64,000 nt of DNA from Nymphaea colorata (taxonomy: Eukaryota), in contig NC_045138.2 of NCBI RefSeq assembly GCF_008831285.2, positions 1,612,001 to 1,676,000 on the forward strand, written 5' to 3'. A program made the position numbers and the translations under genes. The notes beneath the pieces are model-generated. The model saw only the letters and a list, made by a program, of their open reading frames with translations. It had not been told where the DNA came from and ran no database searches. This document shows positions 26,368 to 39,700 of this stretch, one piece after another. Within the stretch, counting starts at the first letter, position 1, and each line of letters begins with the position of its first letter.

Positions 26368-28269
26368 TTAAGATGATTCCAAGCTTTTGCAATTACCTAA
26401 ATCCCCAAAACGACCACAGGTCCCAATGAGAACAGAATAAGAAAAATTCTCATCGCCACACAACAATCTAGTGAAATCCACGACACAATTTATAAAAACA
26501 CCAATCCATCCAGCCACGACCACAAATCCCCGAAACAGAAAACAAAGAAGGCCACCTTGCAAAACGATGGCACAGCCCAAATCCCTTGAAACAGTAGCTG
26601 GACGTAATCAACTAAAACTTAAGCATGTGAGACTTCCCATCATTAAGACCCTAATTCCGCCAAACAACTTCAGCAGCCTACGTCAAACCCTCCCCAGATT
26701 ATACTCACTAGCTCCACTTAACAAGATCCAATACTTGAACCAACCGTTGTCTCCATGAAACAACCGCTACAGATCTTAAGAAAGAAAATTCGCAAAAAAA
26801 TCCAAAATTTTCTCCAAGAGACCACGTCTCCCTAAAACAAAGAAACCAAAATCACGCAACTAACTAAGTCTCTTCGAACACAACCAGGGGCGCGATTTCA
26901 CTCGTTCGACGTCCAAACCTGGACACGATGGCATAAACACTGAAGCCTCCACAAAACAAAAGCAAGAACCAAGAACAATGACAAGGGTCTCACAGCTCCA
27001 AAGAAAAACAGTCCAAACGGAAGAAAATTCTAAGAAATGGAAAGGATTAAGCCGCATCGCATCCATCACGGCAGCGAACAGTATCATTCACCAGAAGAAT
27101 AATTTACAGAAAGAAAGAGAATAGACTTACTCGAACTCGAGGAAAGGCTCGACTTGCTTTGAAACGAAGAATCCTCTCCCTCTCTCCCTCGGCGTCAATG
27201 TACCCGTCTTGTGACTTGTCCTCGCGTACTCCTCGGGCGAAGCACAGAAATTTCCATTTAGTTCTCTAATTTCACAATATTATAAAAAAACACCTTTTCT
27301 TTTTTACCAAAAATAATGACAACAATCACCGTTGCACATGTTAAGTTCCTTCTCTCCCACCTGCCTGGCTCATTTTAGCATGGTCGGATCTGTTTGCGGC
27401 TTTCTAAATCGAAAATTCCAATTATGCGAGAATTTACTGTTATTAACAAAGTTGGCAAACACATATTACATTGTTTTGAAACCATTTTCTAAAGTTGTAG
27501 ATAATTTTTTGAGTTATAACAATTTGAAGTCTTCTTATAAATAAGGAAACTATTCATCAAGTCGCCTTCAAAAGGTTGTAATGAGCATTAGCTTACTGTT
27601 TTGGTTTTTTACTGTTTGTAATCTGATTGTTAGCACAATAGTGCATTTACTCAATGCTAAAATAGTTAGAAACATGTACCTAACGTACTGGAATTAGTAG
27701 AAACTTCATAAAAAATAATAATAAACTGTTAATAATCTACCTATACATACTCCCCATTAATATATATACCTTTGTTTATCGAATCAAATTCCTTGCCTTA
27801 TTCATTTGCATCTTTAATTTCAATGGGCTTATGAGCAAAAAATCAACTTGGTATTTAAATATTGAATAGTGATTGTACTCTCATCCTTGTAAATTGCAAA
27901 CACAAGCTCAAGCTGCACATCTAATATTGATCAAACAATTTACGATGCACGTTCAAATAAACCATATTCATTATCAAATTACTCGGGCTGGCCCCAAGAT
28001 AATTATGAGTGGAGATTGAACTAATCTAAAGATAATTGTTGTTTCATTCATTGGCTCATTTTCCAACCATCCTCACTATGAGAAGAAGCAGAATTAACAC
28101 CTTTTAATTGGTCTACTGGCTTACTGAACTGATCTTGTTTGCCACATACCCTGGTTCAAGTTTTTCTTTCTTTTAGTAGTTTTTGACTTGGGAAATTAAA
28201 CTACATTCAAGCACATGAGAATTTGTAAGTCGTTGGACAATGTAAAATCTCCAAATCAATACTCCTGTC

Positions 28270-28588
28270 TAAGGCTGGGTACTAGGTTGGGCCGCTGGCG
28301 AGTACCAGGTACCTGGCCCGACTCGGGCTTGGACTTTGAAAAACGGGCACCGGGCCGGCACGATGATTTATCGGGCCGGCCTCAGTGGGCCCGATAATTG
28401 TTTTTTAATATTTATTGTATTAATTATTTATATATAATTATAATATCTTATTACGGTTATTTATATTTATACATTATTTTATATTAAAAATATATATTTT
28501 TTAATTTAATCGAGTCGAGCTCAGGTTTTAATTGTTGGGCCCAACCCAGCCTGGGTTTCGGGTGAGGCCGATCCGATGCCCAGGCTTA
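28270..28588. mobile_element. hAT-type MITE (GGCCC-rich) upstream of RanBPM
   Basis: TIRs TAAGGCTGGGTA / TGCCCAGGCTTA; TSD CTCCTGTC / CTCCTATT (6/8). Confidence 0.75.
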
Positions 28589-29530
28589 CTCCTATTTACC
28601 AGGTTTAAGTTTTTCTAGGCATACACAAAGTTCTGTCACTCGTACGAACCAAACCAACAACTGACCTCGTACTAGCCACTGCCCTGACCAGCTATGCTAA
28701 ACTTCTTGAACCCAACTTCATTTCAGAAGGTGTGACTATTAAAAAAAAAAACATGGCAAATCTTAAGCCATCGCTTCAAACTAACTATAGGTAGAAAAGC
28801 ATGCGTTCATACGATCCAACCTGGTTCAAGGGACAAATATCACATATATTCAAAGCAAGGATCTGGATGATGTGAGGAAGACATAGTTCTCAGTTGGCAG
28901 TCATAGTTCCCTTCTCGTGCAAAGTCACAAGCTAAAGAGTGAGTAATTGCATTTTAAGAATATGAGGGAAGAGATTTGGTGTTTTTTTATGCAAATCACG
29001 TCAAGAATCATCAATTGGCAAAGCAATCTTTGTACCATTAGTGAAGCCAGAAATTTTGGTTGGAGGGGCACTAATTCAATAACTTTAATGTTTTTAGGGT
29101 CACTTATACGTTCAATCAAATATAATAAAGCATAAACATAAAAATAAACAAATTTTTGTGAGCTGCCCACACAGCCACCATGAAGCTGCTCCGTCATTGC
29201 TTTGTACCACTCCTCCAAAACATGTTATCTTTGTTGTGGTTTATCTAAGGATAACTATGCTGTCCAACATTCTCTTTTCCTATGTTACTGCATTCTGCCT
29301 CTGTGTGGTCACCTGCTTCTCCATCATCGACTTCTTCCATTCTCATTCCTCCTCTTCTCCTCGGCAAAGTCCCTAACTTGGTATACAAAACCATGAAACT
29401 ACCATCAATTTTTCTTTTTTAAGTCATGGCTTCCACTTGCTTCCCTCCCACAGTGGTCTCCAATGCCCTGGGCAGCAAAGATGGTGGGGGTCTGTCACTC
29501 CATTGCTTTTACCGCGTGATAGATCCTTAA

Positions 29531-32470
29531 GAGGTTGTTTGATTGTTGTTCATTGGGACGGGACAGACAGGACGTCCTGTCCATTACACTACTGTCCTAT
29601 TCTCATGGACAACGATGTTTCTTATCCACCGTTTGATAATTTTTGGAACAGAACACTATGATCTTTTTGTCCGCCGTTTGTTTTGTATATGTCTGTTCTG
29701 TTTGTTTTGTTCGTTCTGTCTGACATTTGTTTCTGTTTTGTTTGATCTGTCCGTTCTGTCTAATGTTTGTGTTTTTCATTCATGGTCTTTGTCTGTGTTC
29801 GTTTTTTTCTTTTCAAAGTGTCTGTTCTATCAAGTGTTTGAACCCAACTTCATTGGTGCAAGGGGCTCCATTGCCATGAATAACTTTTTTCAGGTGAGGT
29901 ATGGTTTTCATTTTTCTCTTTTTCTCTTGTTTTCTCTCTCGCTCCTTCCCTCTATTTGTCCCTGATTTGCAGTAACTAGGGTTCTTGCTCCTTTACGTCG
30001 ATTTGGGGTCCTTTTCTCTTTCTTTCTCTCGTTGTCTCTCTCCCTTCCTTCCTGCATCTATCCATGCCATTGAAATGGTGAAATTTTTATGGCATCCTTG
30101 AAACGCCATTGAAAAACATATTTGTGTGCTTATATTTTTCTTCCCTTTGCGCTCTTTCTTACCAGCCTACAAAGCCAAGCAATTTTTAAGGGCATCCTCT
30201 CTGTACTGTTACCAAAAATATGACTAGCAGAGCAATGTGCCTGTTAGGTTTTCTGTCTGATGTTACTTTGTAAATTCATTAGCCGCAGATGAAGTGTTTG
30301 CTGAAATTCTTAAATGACTTGCATTTGTATTTTAGTTCATCTGGTCCACATTTGACAGTTGTAAACAAATTTGGTATGTTCCTTCTCAATCATTTTGCCA
30401 CCTCATGTTTGCGACAAAAAAAAAATTGGAACATGTTATCTAACCAAAACCATAGCTTGAGAAGCTAGAGAGTAAATGCAGAGCAGAAATAGACTTGAAG
30501 CTTTTTGGAGCTCCCGCAGACCTTCAATCTTCCAAAAGGGGTGGAAAGAATCACCTGATTTGCATACTTTTTTTTTTGTAATGGAAATAACAAAAGTGAT
30601 CACGAAATCATCTTGGTTGAGGTTTTCTAGAAACAGGGATCTTCGACAACTACATGATGAAAGGATGAGGAGGGGCACAGTAAATGTGGGTAGCTGCAGT
30701 CGTTTAGTCTCCAATCTTACGGTGGTTACTCTCTTTCCTAAAGAAAGTAGATACCTATGAACAGATCTTGGTGGAGCACCCTTTTTCTATAAATTTTATC
30801 AATAGCTTTGGTTCCGAAGCATACGAACCTTTATTTATTCTTTAAGCAAGTTGTGCTTCTCACTTTTTTTCATTTTCACTCGGAAAGAAACCCTTAAACA
30901 TTACTATTGTGCTATATATATTCTAATTTGTTAGTTGTTGGATGTTGTTATATGGTAAAGGATTAAGACTCTGTTACTGAAATGCACTGATGGTTTATGT
31001 TCTTTTAGCAACAGTTTTTTATACTTTTAATGGCAATTTTTTTATACTTTTAATATATTTCAATCTTCCTATATGTGGAAATTAGGACTACATCTTGCTC
31101 CCTTGATGTTCTTTTATGAGTGGAGACTTCTCTTGTAGTCATTGATACGCTTATGTAGGCTTTGTTTCAAGTTTGAATTCCCATGTTGATAGGCCATTTG
31201 TCGTTGCTCGATCATAGAGCATCGAGTTGATATGTGTTTAATAATTATTTTGTGCTATAGAAAATAGAACTTGATCGTGGCTTTGCACTTGTTGTGGTTG
31301 GTGAACCATGGAATTCCAGTGGAGCTTCTGCAAAAAGTGAAAGGGGTGTGTCGTTTTCCTTTTTTATTTTTCTTTCTTTCACTTGTATTACAGTATGAAT
31401 TTATAAATGTTATCAACAAATACTATTCAAAGCATGTAAAGATTGAAGGCAGAGTTGCAGCCGCTCTTGACAGAAGCTGGCCATATAATGGTTCCTTCGA
31501 AATTGAAATGGATGGACGGTAGAGGTGTGAGCACCCATGGCTGCCTGGCCTGGTCGTCTAGTGCCGAACTTTTAGCTCTTTGTAGTGTGAATGTTGAGGA
31601 AATTTCATAGGCTGGATAAATATGGCAGTGTGTTGCTTGTTTAATTACTTCATATTCTTCGTTCGTTTCGTAAAGAATGAGTAGTGCTATCTTTGTGGCA
31701 TGTTGTTAATTTGTATCTAATAAGATCCAAAGTTGAAGAACATGGCAAAGTTGGCTTTATGGACTCATATGCAAAACTTGAGGCTTAAACGTTGTTACTT
31801 CAAACTATAATCTTCTTGCAACTTGAAAAGACTATTTTGACATAATCAATCTAACTTGAGATTGCCCGTGTATTGCTTAGAACATGTAAATATAAATATT
31901 CATGACATATGGAACAAGTAAGGTAGTTATTTTCATAGTCCAATTGATTCCAACTAAGGAAGTGCTCATAAAATATCTTTTTATGGTGATTAAAAAACAA
32001 AGATTTTGTGTCTTTCCGTTTCCAATTTTTCACAAAAAAGGGAAAAAAAATTGCTAGTTGAATGTGTTCTTTTTTGTGGGGTTAGACTTGGTGTTTTCTC
32101 GATGCACCTAATTTGATATGGATATAATTTCATATAGTGGATAGAACAAATATAATAGATAAAACTGGTAATAGAAGGTACAAACACTTGATAGAACACA
32201 CTTTGAACAGAACAAAATGAACACAGACAAAGACCATGAATGAAAAACACAAACATTAAACAGAACAGATAGATCAGACAAAACAGAAACAAACGTCAAA
32301 TAGGACGGACAGAACGAACATATACAAAACAAACGGCGAACAAAAGGATCATAGTGTTCTGTTTCAAAAATTATCAAACGGCAGACAAGAAACATCGTTG
32401 TCCATGAGAACAAGACAATAGTATAATGGACAGAACGTCCTGTCTCAATGAACAACAATCAAACAACCTC
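29531..32470. mobile_element. Non-autonomous PIF/Harbinger-like element with ~300-bp inverted arms and 2.3 kb of cargo (Pack-type candidate)
   Basis: Arms 29531-29840 and 32181-32470 are reverse complements (ORFs 29543+ and 32108- translate almost alike). Termini GAGGTTGTTTG / CAAACAACCTC; flanks TAA / TGA. Confidence 0.8.
31298..31351 (+). pseudogene. Captured fragment of a 2-oxoglutarate/Fe(II) dioxygenase (ACC-oxidase-like) exon
   Basis: Reads LVNHGIPVELLQKVKGVC, matching the ACO N-terminal motif (F)QLVNHGIPxELLxxVKxVC. It is preceded by TTGTGG where an intron AG would be expected. Only 18 codons. Confidence 0.6.
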
Positions 32471-32548
32471 TGATAAAACAAATTTGGAAGGAGATGTGTG
32501 TCCATATGTGTAGAACAAATTTGGAAGAAGTTGTGTGTGTGCGTGTCT

Positions 32549-32598
<50 letters not shown>

Positions 32599-33709
32599 CG
32601 TCAATAAAATGAAAATGTATATCAAAATTTGAGGACAAGAAATCTCCTAAATACAAAAATTGAAAACAAAAAATCCCCTATTTACAATAACAAACCGCAA
32701 AATAGAAACAAAAGCGAAAATATACAATACAACTTAAAAAAAATGAAATAAAAGATGTGGAAAGAGAAATAAGAGGCATGGGAAAAGAGAGAGAGAGAGA
32801 GAGGAAAATTATAAAGTTATGAAGTCTTATGTATATGTATAGACTCTTCAACCCCTTGATGGATGGCTAAAATTTTAAAATTCATCACCAAAAATCAGTT
32901 ACTACATTGATATTAACATCAACACTAGCGTTAGCAATGATTTATAGTCCATATGGTACACCCAAGAACTTGTGCTTCATCGTCTGAAATAAAACTTTTC
33001 CTTCCAATCAAACACACCCTCAAAGTTCCTTGAGAAACAATCGATGTCAAAACTCTGAACAATCATATATTTATGAAAAAAAAAAGGTTTGCACCACCTC
33101 TTCTTTAGGAGCACCATATTGAGACATGGGCATGTTAGATTGAAATTTGCTTTTTTTTTTTTGATCCCCCTTTATGGCACAAACAAGTTACTGAGCCACA
33201 TATCATACATCAGCCATATCTTTGGAATAGCATTTTAGTACAACAAAAACCTTACCAACCTGATCAACCAGGTAGGCGGTATAGGTACACCACGGGTGTT
33301 GCTTTCGCCGGATTCCCTTCACTTGCAGCGATAATCGAATTATTGAAGACCTATTATACATCTGCCATCCCTTAAAATGGCGGTTGAATACAAGGTAATA
33401 AATGAAAGAATGACATGCCGCGGGCGGACAGCCATCACAACTGCTCTATCAGGAGGCTCTCAGTGTTGGAGCGAGTGTCTGGGCCAGCTGCTCATTGCTT
33501 GCATCATGAGAGCCAGACTTGAGCAGAGTTGCTGAACAGATTTGGATGCCGATTGGCGGTGAACCGCCACTTTGAGGTGCGGCTGCCGTCAAGTGCAGTA
33601 GATCATTCCTGGCACCTAACGCATCTGCGCATTCCATGAGCATAATATTGGCCAAAGATTTCTCATTGAAACATGGTAGCTGAGCATTCCCGACAAACTG
33701 ACTAGTGGA

Positions 33710-36700
33710 CTAGACCGTGTTCCCTGCAACCTCAGCTGCACGCTGCCTCATCATCTCCATCACTGCAGCTCTGCGTCGTGACTCAGATTGCTGCTGCAAC
33801 CTCCTTAAATGTTCTTTCAGGTCCCTGAAATTTTACAGCGTGTAAAGATCTATGCAAAATGCAATATGACCATGGAAAAACCCAGAGCAAAAAAAAAATA
33901 CAGTAACTCACCTGCAACGAGGTACATTGCATTCGGACTCCTTGCAAGCTCGAGCGTGCAGCTGCAGAATATGCCACATCTTTTTACATAGCTGGCAACC
34001 TCCAGATGCACGGACTTTGCAGAGGCTACCATGACGAAATAGACCCTTAACCTTACGGCAATTCGGATACTGGCAGTTCCCAGAACGACATTGAGAAGCA
34101 TGCACCAGAAGATCGAGCATCTTTCGTAGCTGCAGCAAAATGCAAATGTTGGACAGCATTAGAGTGGTTTTGAAATAAAAATTCCCTGATATCAGAATGA
34201 CTACAAAACAAAAAGTCAACTGGATGAAGACCTCTGGTTAGCAAAAACCATCCAAGGTTGTGGCACAGATGCATAGCAATGTGAACACCTATTATATGCT
34301 AATAGACTGCTCCATGCAGAAGAAAGAATTGAGAAACTTGAAAATAATGAAAATGAGGGAAGATAGTTAATGCTACCATGCAAGACCAAGTGCATGCATT
34401 TCCCAACCTTGACCTAGCACTAACTGGAAACAAAGATAGACAAGGCAAGTAAAAGGATGAATAACAATGAATAAATCTAATATCCTTCTCTGGTTCTTTA
34501 CAGAATATATGATATGTCACAACTCATGCGCTAAGTTTTTACTCTTCTAGATATTTTTCACCCAGCAAGATATCTCAGTAAGAAGTAATTTAAGACAAAA
34601 TTTAAGAAAAAATAGTTGTTAAATATAAAATAATAATTATGACACAGGGAGAGAGAAAGCCACGAGAGTGAAGAAAAAAAATAAGCCTTTTCCTTTGTGA
34701 AGGTCAACCAATCATATTCAACTATATATAAGCTCGACAAACATTAGCTTATCATTATATTCACTACCAAAGCCTCCTTATAGTGTCCACTTAGTAAAGT
34801 AAACTGTAACAACTTTGTCTTCCTAAAGCATTCCATGAAACTTTTGGCAAAGCCGCCCTGATATTGGATTGCAGGAGAAAATTTATCCAGCCCCCTCATG
34901 GCCTGACAGTGACATGAAACTGAGGTTCAATTGACCCTGTAGACTAAAATAAGTATATACTTCTTTTTTGTTCTGTAGTAAGCAAAAAAAAGGAATTTCT
35001 TTTCATTCATGTACCCATCAGTAACAGCTAATAAACCCTTGCCTTTTTCAGGGAACCTTTCCTCACTGTGCTATCAAAGATTATCCAGTTATCCTACCTT
35101 TTTGTTTTGACATAGAGGCTTGAAGTATGGACAACAAGCATCAGACCTACACATAGGTACCCATTAACTTGGGGGCACAAAAAGCCCAACCATCCAGAGA
35201 TAGAACTAAATGATAATCAGCATAAAATAACCAGCTAGAGAAACAACCAGCAACTTCAATAACAAAAGAGAACTTCACAAATAATGGACCCTGCAGCATA
35301 TCATGCAACAGACAAAGGTATAACACCTGCAAGACTCGCTTTTGCCGCGCTTCTTTGTTTTGAGCATCACGATCAGCTGTAGATGGTGGGTTTGTCAGTT
35401 TATGAGGATGATCAATGCCCCCATCCTTCTGATAGCAAGCATTGCAGACGTCAAAATCAGGGCAGACCTCGCAACGCCATCCTTGGCCTGCCTCAATGTC
35501 GTGGTGACATACGTTGCAAGTCGTCACAAACGCAGGAGCAGTGGGATTGTGCAGATGATACAGAACCATCATAGAAGAGTGTTTGGCACGCCGCAGGGTA
35601 TCATATTGGTAATGATTCCCTTGACAAAGACTCAAAAAGGCCTGTCTTGTGTCAAAAAATTCACTTTCTAGAATCTCATCTTTATCCTTCGTGTCTACAG
35701 GCACATCAGTCACCTCAACCTGAATGAAAGCACAAAATTTTTAATAGAATCTTAGAACTAAATACACCTTCTTCAATGACATCTCCAGAAAAACATTCCA
35801 CAACAAACTAGCCCAGTAAGAATAGCCACTCACAGGAAAGAGAATGTGCTTGTCTCTACTATTCACGGGATGCCTAGCCCTCTCCTCAAGCTTTTGTTCT
35901 GCTTCATAACATCTAAAAATTGAACAAAATCAGAATAGACAAGTGAAACAACTGAACTATGATATTATAGCAAAGCAGTTGAACACAGCAGATTTCCAAG
36001 TCGTCCTTTTTATGACCAAGAGAACATAAACCTCAGAGGTATGCATAACAGAGCTTCAAGTCAAGAAACAAGAGGCAGAGAGAGAGAGAACTGGTTTTTT
36101 CCCACAATTTACCCGAGTTATAGACAAATCCATTCCTAACATTTGCACCCTCAAAACAAACCCATCATTCTGCAACTTTAACCATGTAGCAGCTCATTTT
36201 AGTCGTACTCAGCAAATGGACTAAAGTAATAAAAAATATTTGTATGTCAATTTAAGGGTACTTGTTTCATTTCATTAGAAGAAAATAGTTTCTGTTGAAA
36301 ATTTAACCTCGAGGACTACCTCAAAATGCTTCATATAGTTCCGTCGTCGAGTCGTGATGGTTGTACCTCCGTGGGAACAGAAAGAGACAGAAAGTTCAGA
36401 TAGTCAGAGAATCATTGCAGGGATAGACCTGCAAATTCTATGAGGTAGGACTGGATAGGACCCACCTTCCCTCCCTTCCTCAATGCCTTTATCATGATAA
36501 AGAAACGTGAGCAGTTTTACTGCTAATGTTACAAGTGCACGATGACAATGGTCTGCAACTCCCAATGAAAAATCATGACTATGTGAATGAACACTTTCCC
36601 CGTATTGCATCTAGAGACAGTATCCTAGTGCATTTCTAATTCTCGAATGATATAGTCATCACATTTATCACTTATAAGGTATATCCGTTTCAGTTCAAGA

Positions 36701-39700
36701 GAGTGCAAAACCTTGTTTTTATGAAGATCAAAACTATAAAAAATCAACTGAATCAGATCAAGGAGCATCTAAGGGAGAAAAACTACAGAGCAGCTGTAGT
36801 TCTTGGAAATACAAAAAACTATGCCAAGCCCAGAGAAGATAAAAGAAACCAACAAAATATGAAAATAATCTAATTCCACCCATTTTTTAGCCACACAAAA
36901 TATGGACAAGCATACGTAGCTAGGTATGCAAAAATATTAGCAGCCTTATATGTTCATCATCCCCTAAAAAATAACTGATACTTCTGGTAATAACTTGTAT
37001 CTACCCAATTGGACGGCATAAATCCACCACAATTCCATTACTATGGACATTCATGTCCCTCTGCCCAGATAGTTGGGAAAAAAATGCAGGCGGAGCATGA
37101 AAGTACATTTTAATTTTTAATGGTTATGGAAAAGTTCCCTAGGAAAATATCATGACAGTGCTCTATGCTACTGAGCATCACACTGCTTGTGAGAATGCAA
37201 CACAGAAACGCAGCAGATCATATAGAACCCAAATTGTAGCATGTACTCATTGCCTGGTGCCTGCTATTCAGCACAATACTTCCAATCAAGAAACCTTTTA
37301 AAAAGCAGGAAAAAAAAATAAATAGCTTACTTGTCACAAAGCTGGAAATTTTTGCACTGCCGGCTGCAAACCCAACGTTTTCCAGACACCATAAGACGAC
37401 AACAATGAGAACATGTGTGCTGTAAGTGAACCATTATGAAATCCTCCTTCATTGGGCAGATTGTTTCACCAAGCTGTACAAAGAGAGAAACATAAACAAA
37501 AAAAATGAACACCAAAGTTACAAATTTTTTAATCCAAGCTGACATAAGAATTTGGTCTCACATGAAACACAAACAAATTCAAAAGCAGATGCCACAGACA
37601 CAAAATACTTGCAATGACGATTTTATGTGCAACCCTCAACCCAATGTTGTAAAAAGCATATTGTAAGCCGTATCGGTCTGGCTTTAAGATACACCGTATT
37701 GTAAAATATCGTAACTGTATCGTTTTTTTTAATAAATCAGAAAAAATAGGAAGAAAATTCGAAAATTTCATAAAAAATCAGTAAAAATCAAGAATAATAT
37801 GTTCTTCATAAAAAACATGTTTCACAGAATGATAGACTTATTATTGCTATAAAGTTACAGTTCATCATTCGTAAACATCAAAATTCATAACAATATCAAT
37901 CTAGAAAGCACAACAAGTCAACAATTACATAACATATATCATAATTTCACAACCATAGATTCATAAGTCATAAGGCCCATAAGTCTATGAGATACCACAT
38001 CAAAAAACAAGTTTTAGATGTTATGTATTACATCACAAGATGATAATGAAATTGTGAAAATGTTCAATGTCAATAAATATAAAATGAAATCACTTTTGAC
38101 TCATATTCATAATCATCATCATATTCATTCTCATCTTCATCTCTATCTTCTTCTTCATCTTCACGATTTAAAAAAACCCCTTTCCTCCCAACGGGACACA
38201 GCCACCGAAGCACAAATCCATGGTTTAAAATTGATGATTTCACTTTGAAAATCAATGATTTAACGATGGAAATCGATGATCTCCCTCCACGGCGGCACAA
38301 TCTGTAGGTTAGAAATGAAGAAGGGACGGGTTTTTATAAAGAAAACTCGAAAAAGTGGGATTCGAGCCCCCCTTTTCTGAAATCAGCCCGTATCATACGA
38401 CACGGGGCATATTGCACCGTATCGTACGATACGAGGGCTTGTATCGTATGTATCGTACGATACAGGCACGATACACCCCTATTTACGATACAGGGGGTGT
38501 ATCGTATCGTATCGTATTTTGCAAACGATACGGTACATATCGTACGATACGGCCTTGTATCATACGATACGTACAACACTGCCTCAACCTCAAGTTTCAA
38601 AAGGGGATGCCACAGACAACCATGAATACAGGTGGTGAACTGCTCAACTAACCTTTTGCATCAAAAGAGCATCCTTAGATGCATTGCTAGATAAATCGGT
38701 CTGGGCTGCAGCTTTCAGGGCCCTCTTAGTTATAGTCTTCTTTGTTTTCCCCTTCTTCTGTTGCTTTTTTCCATCTTCTTCTTGTCTAAGCTGATTAATC
38801 ATATCTTCCGCAGCACCAGGCCAGTAATCACCATCAAAATAAGGTAACCTAGCAGCTGTGACTTTTGCTTTACATTCACCAGTCGTCACAAAGAAATGAT
38901 CATACAAGTTGGTCAGATCTACAACAATATCTTCCCTTGTAGCTTTGCGCAGCATTGACAGATACCTAATAACAAAGCATCAAGCCAACTATGTTCAGTG
39001 AGAAAAAAGTGTCAATTGAGTGTAAATTTCATTAGGGGAAGAGAGAGAGAAAGAGAGAGAGAGCACCATTCCCGGAGCTTGTCGGATTTGGGTGTCTTCT
39101 GAATTTCAGGGTGGCAGTACAAAATATAGTCTTCTCCCTTCAATGGAGGACAAGCCCATATATAACAGCTGGTAAATCCTCGCTTCTTACAATATTCAAG
39201 GTACCCTATCTGTCAAAGCACCAAATAAAAAATTGGCATGTTTATTTAAAAAAAAAAATCAACACATTAAGACCAGGCAAAAGCAAGAAATCAAGAAAAA
39301 AATTAACATCAAGAAAATGTTTATTATTTGTCTATACTCAAAACCATCAGTAAATTCACAAGAGATCATTAACCATTACCAATATTTCATGATAGACAAA
39401 GGTACGAAGCGCCTCTCCTGTTACAGTTTTCACCTCAGGTCTAAAGTATTTAACAGAATCAAGATAGGAAAGGTAAACACGGCGCTGATTAGGTTGTTGG
39501 CATTCTGAACCGAATTCCTGGACATACATGCTGAACAGGCAAACTTCAACCCCTTCAATCTTTTGAAACAGCAAAACAACCTGAACGCAAGCATCCACAA
39601 GATTATATCAGCGTTTGATATGTGTCTCATGTGTCTCCTATATGCTTGAATTTTAAAAAAATAATAATCAAACACCTTCGACTTGTATGGGAATTCTGAA

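Noticed and set aside
29543..29965. 140-aa ORF and its mirror at 32108-32458
   Set aside because: Translation of T-rich inverted-repeat arms; an F/C/V/L compositional artefact.
31468..31535. TTGACAGAAG and GTGAGCAC resembling miR156/157
   Set aside because: The two halves are ~50 nt apart; there is no contiguous mature sequence and no hairpin.
33449..33655. 68-aa ORF downstream of HAC1, or stop-codon read-through
   Set aside because: Starts at TTG and is out of frame with HAC1. The TAG-TCC context is not a read-through motif. No recognisable domain; likely 3' UTR.
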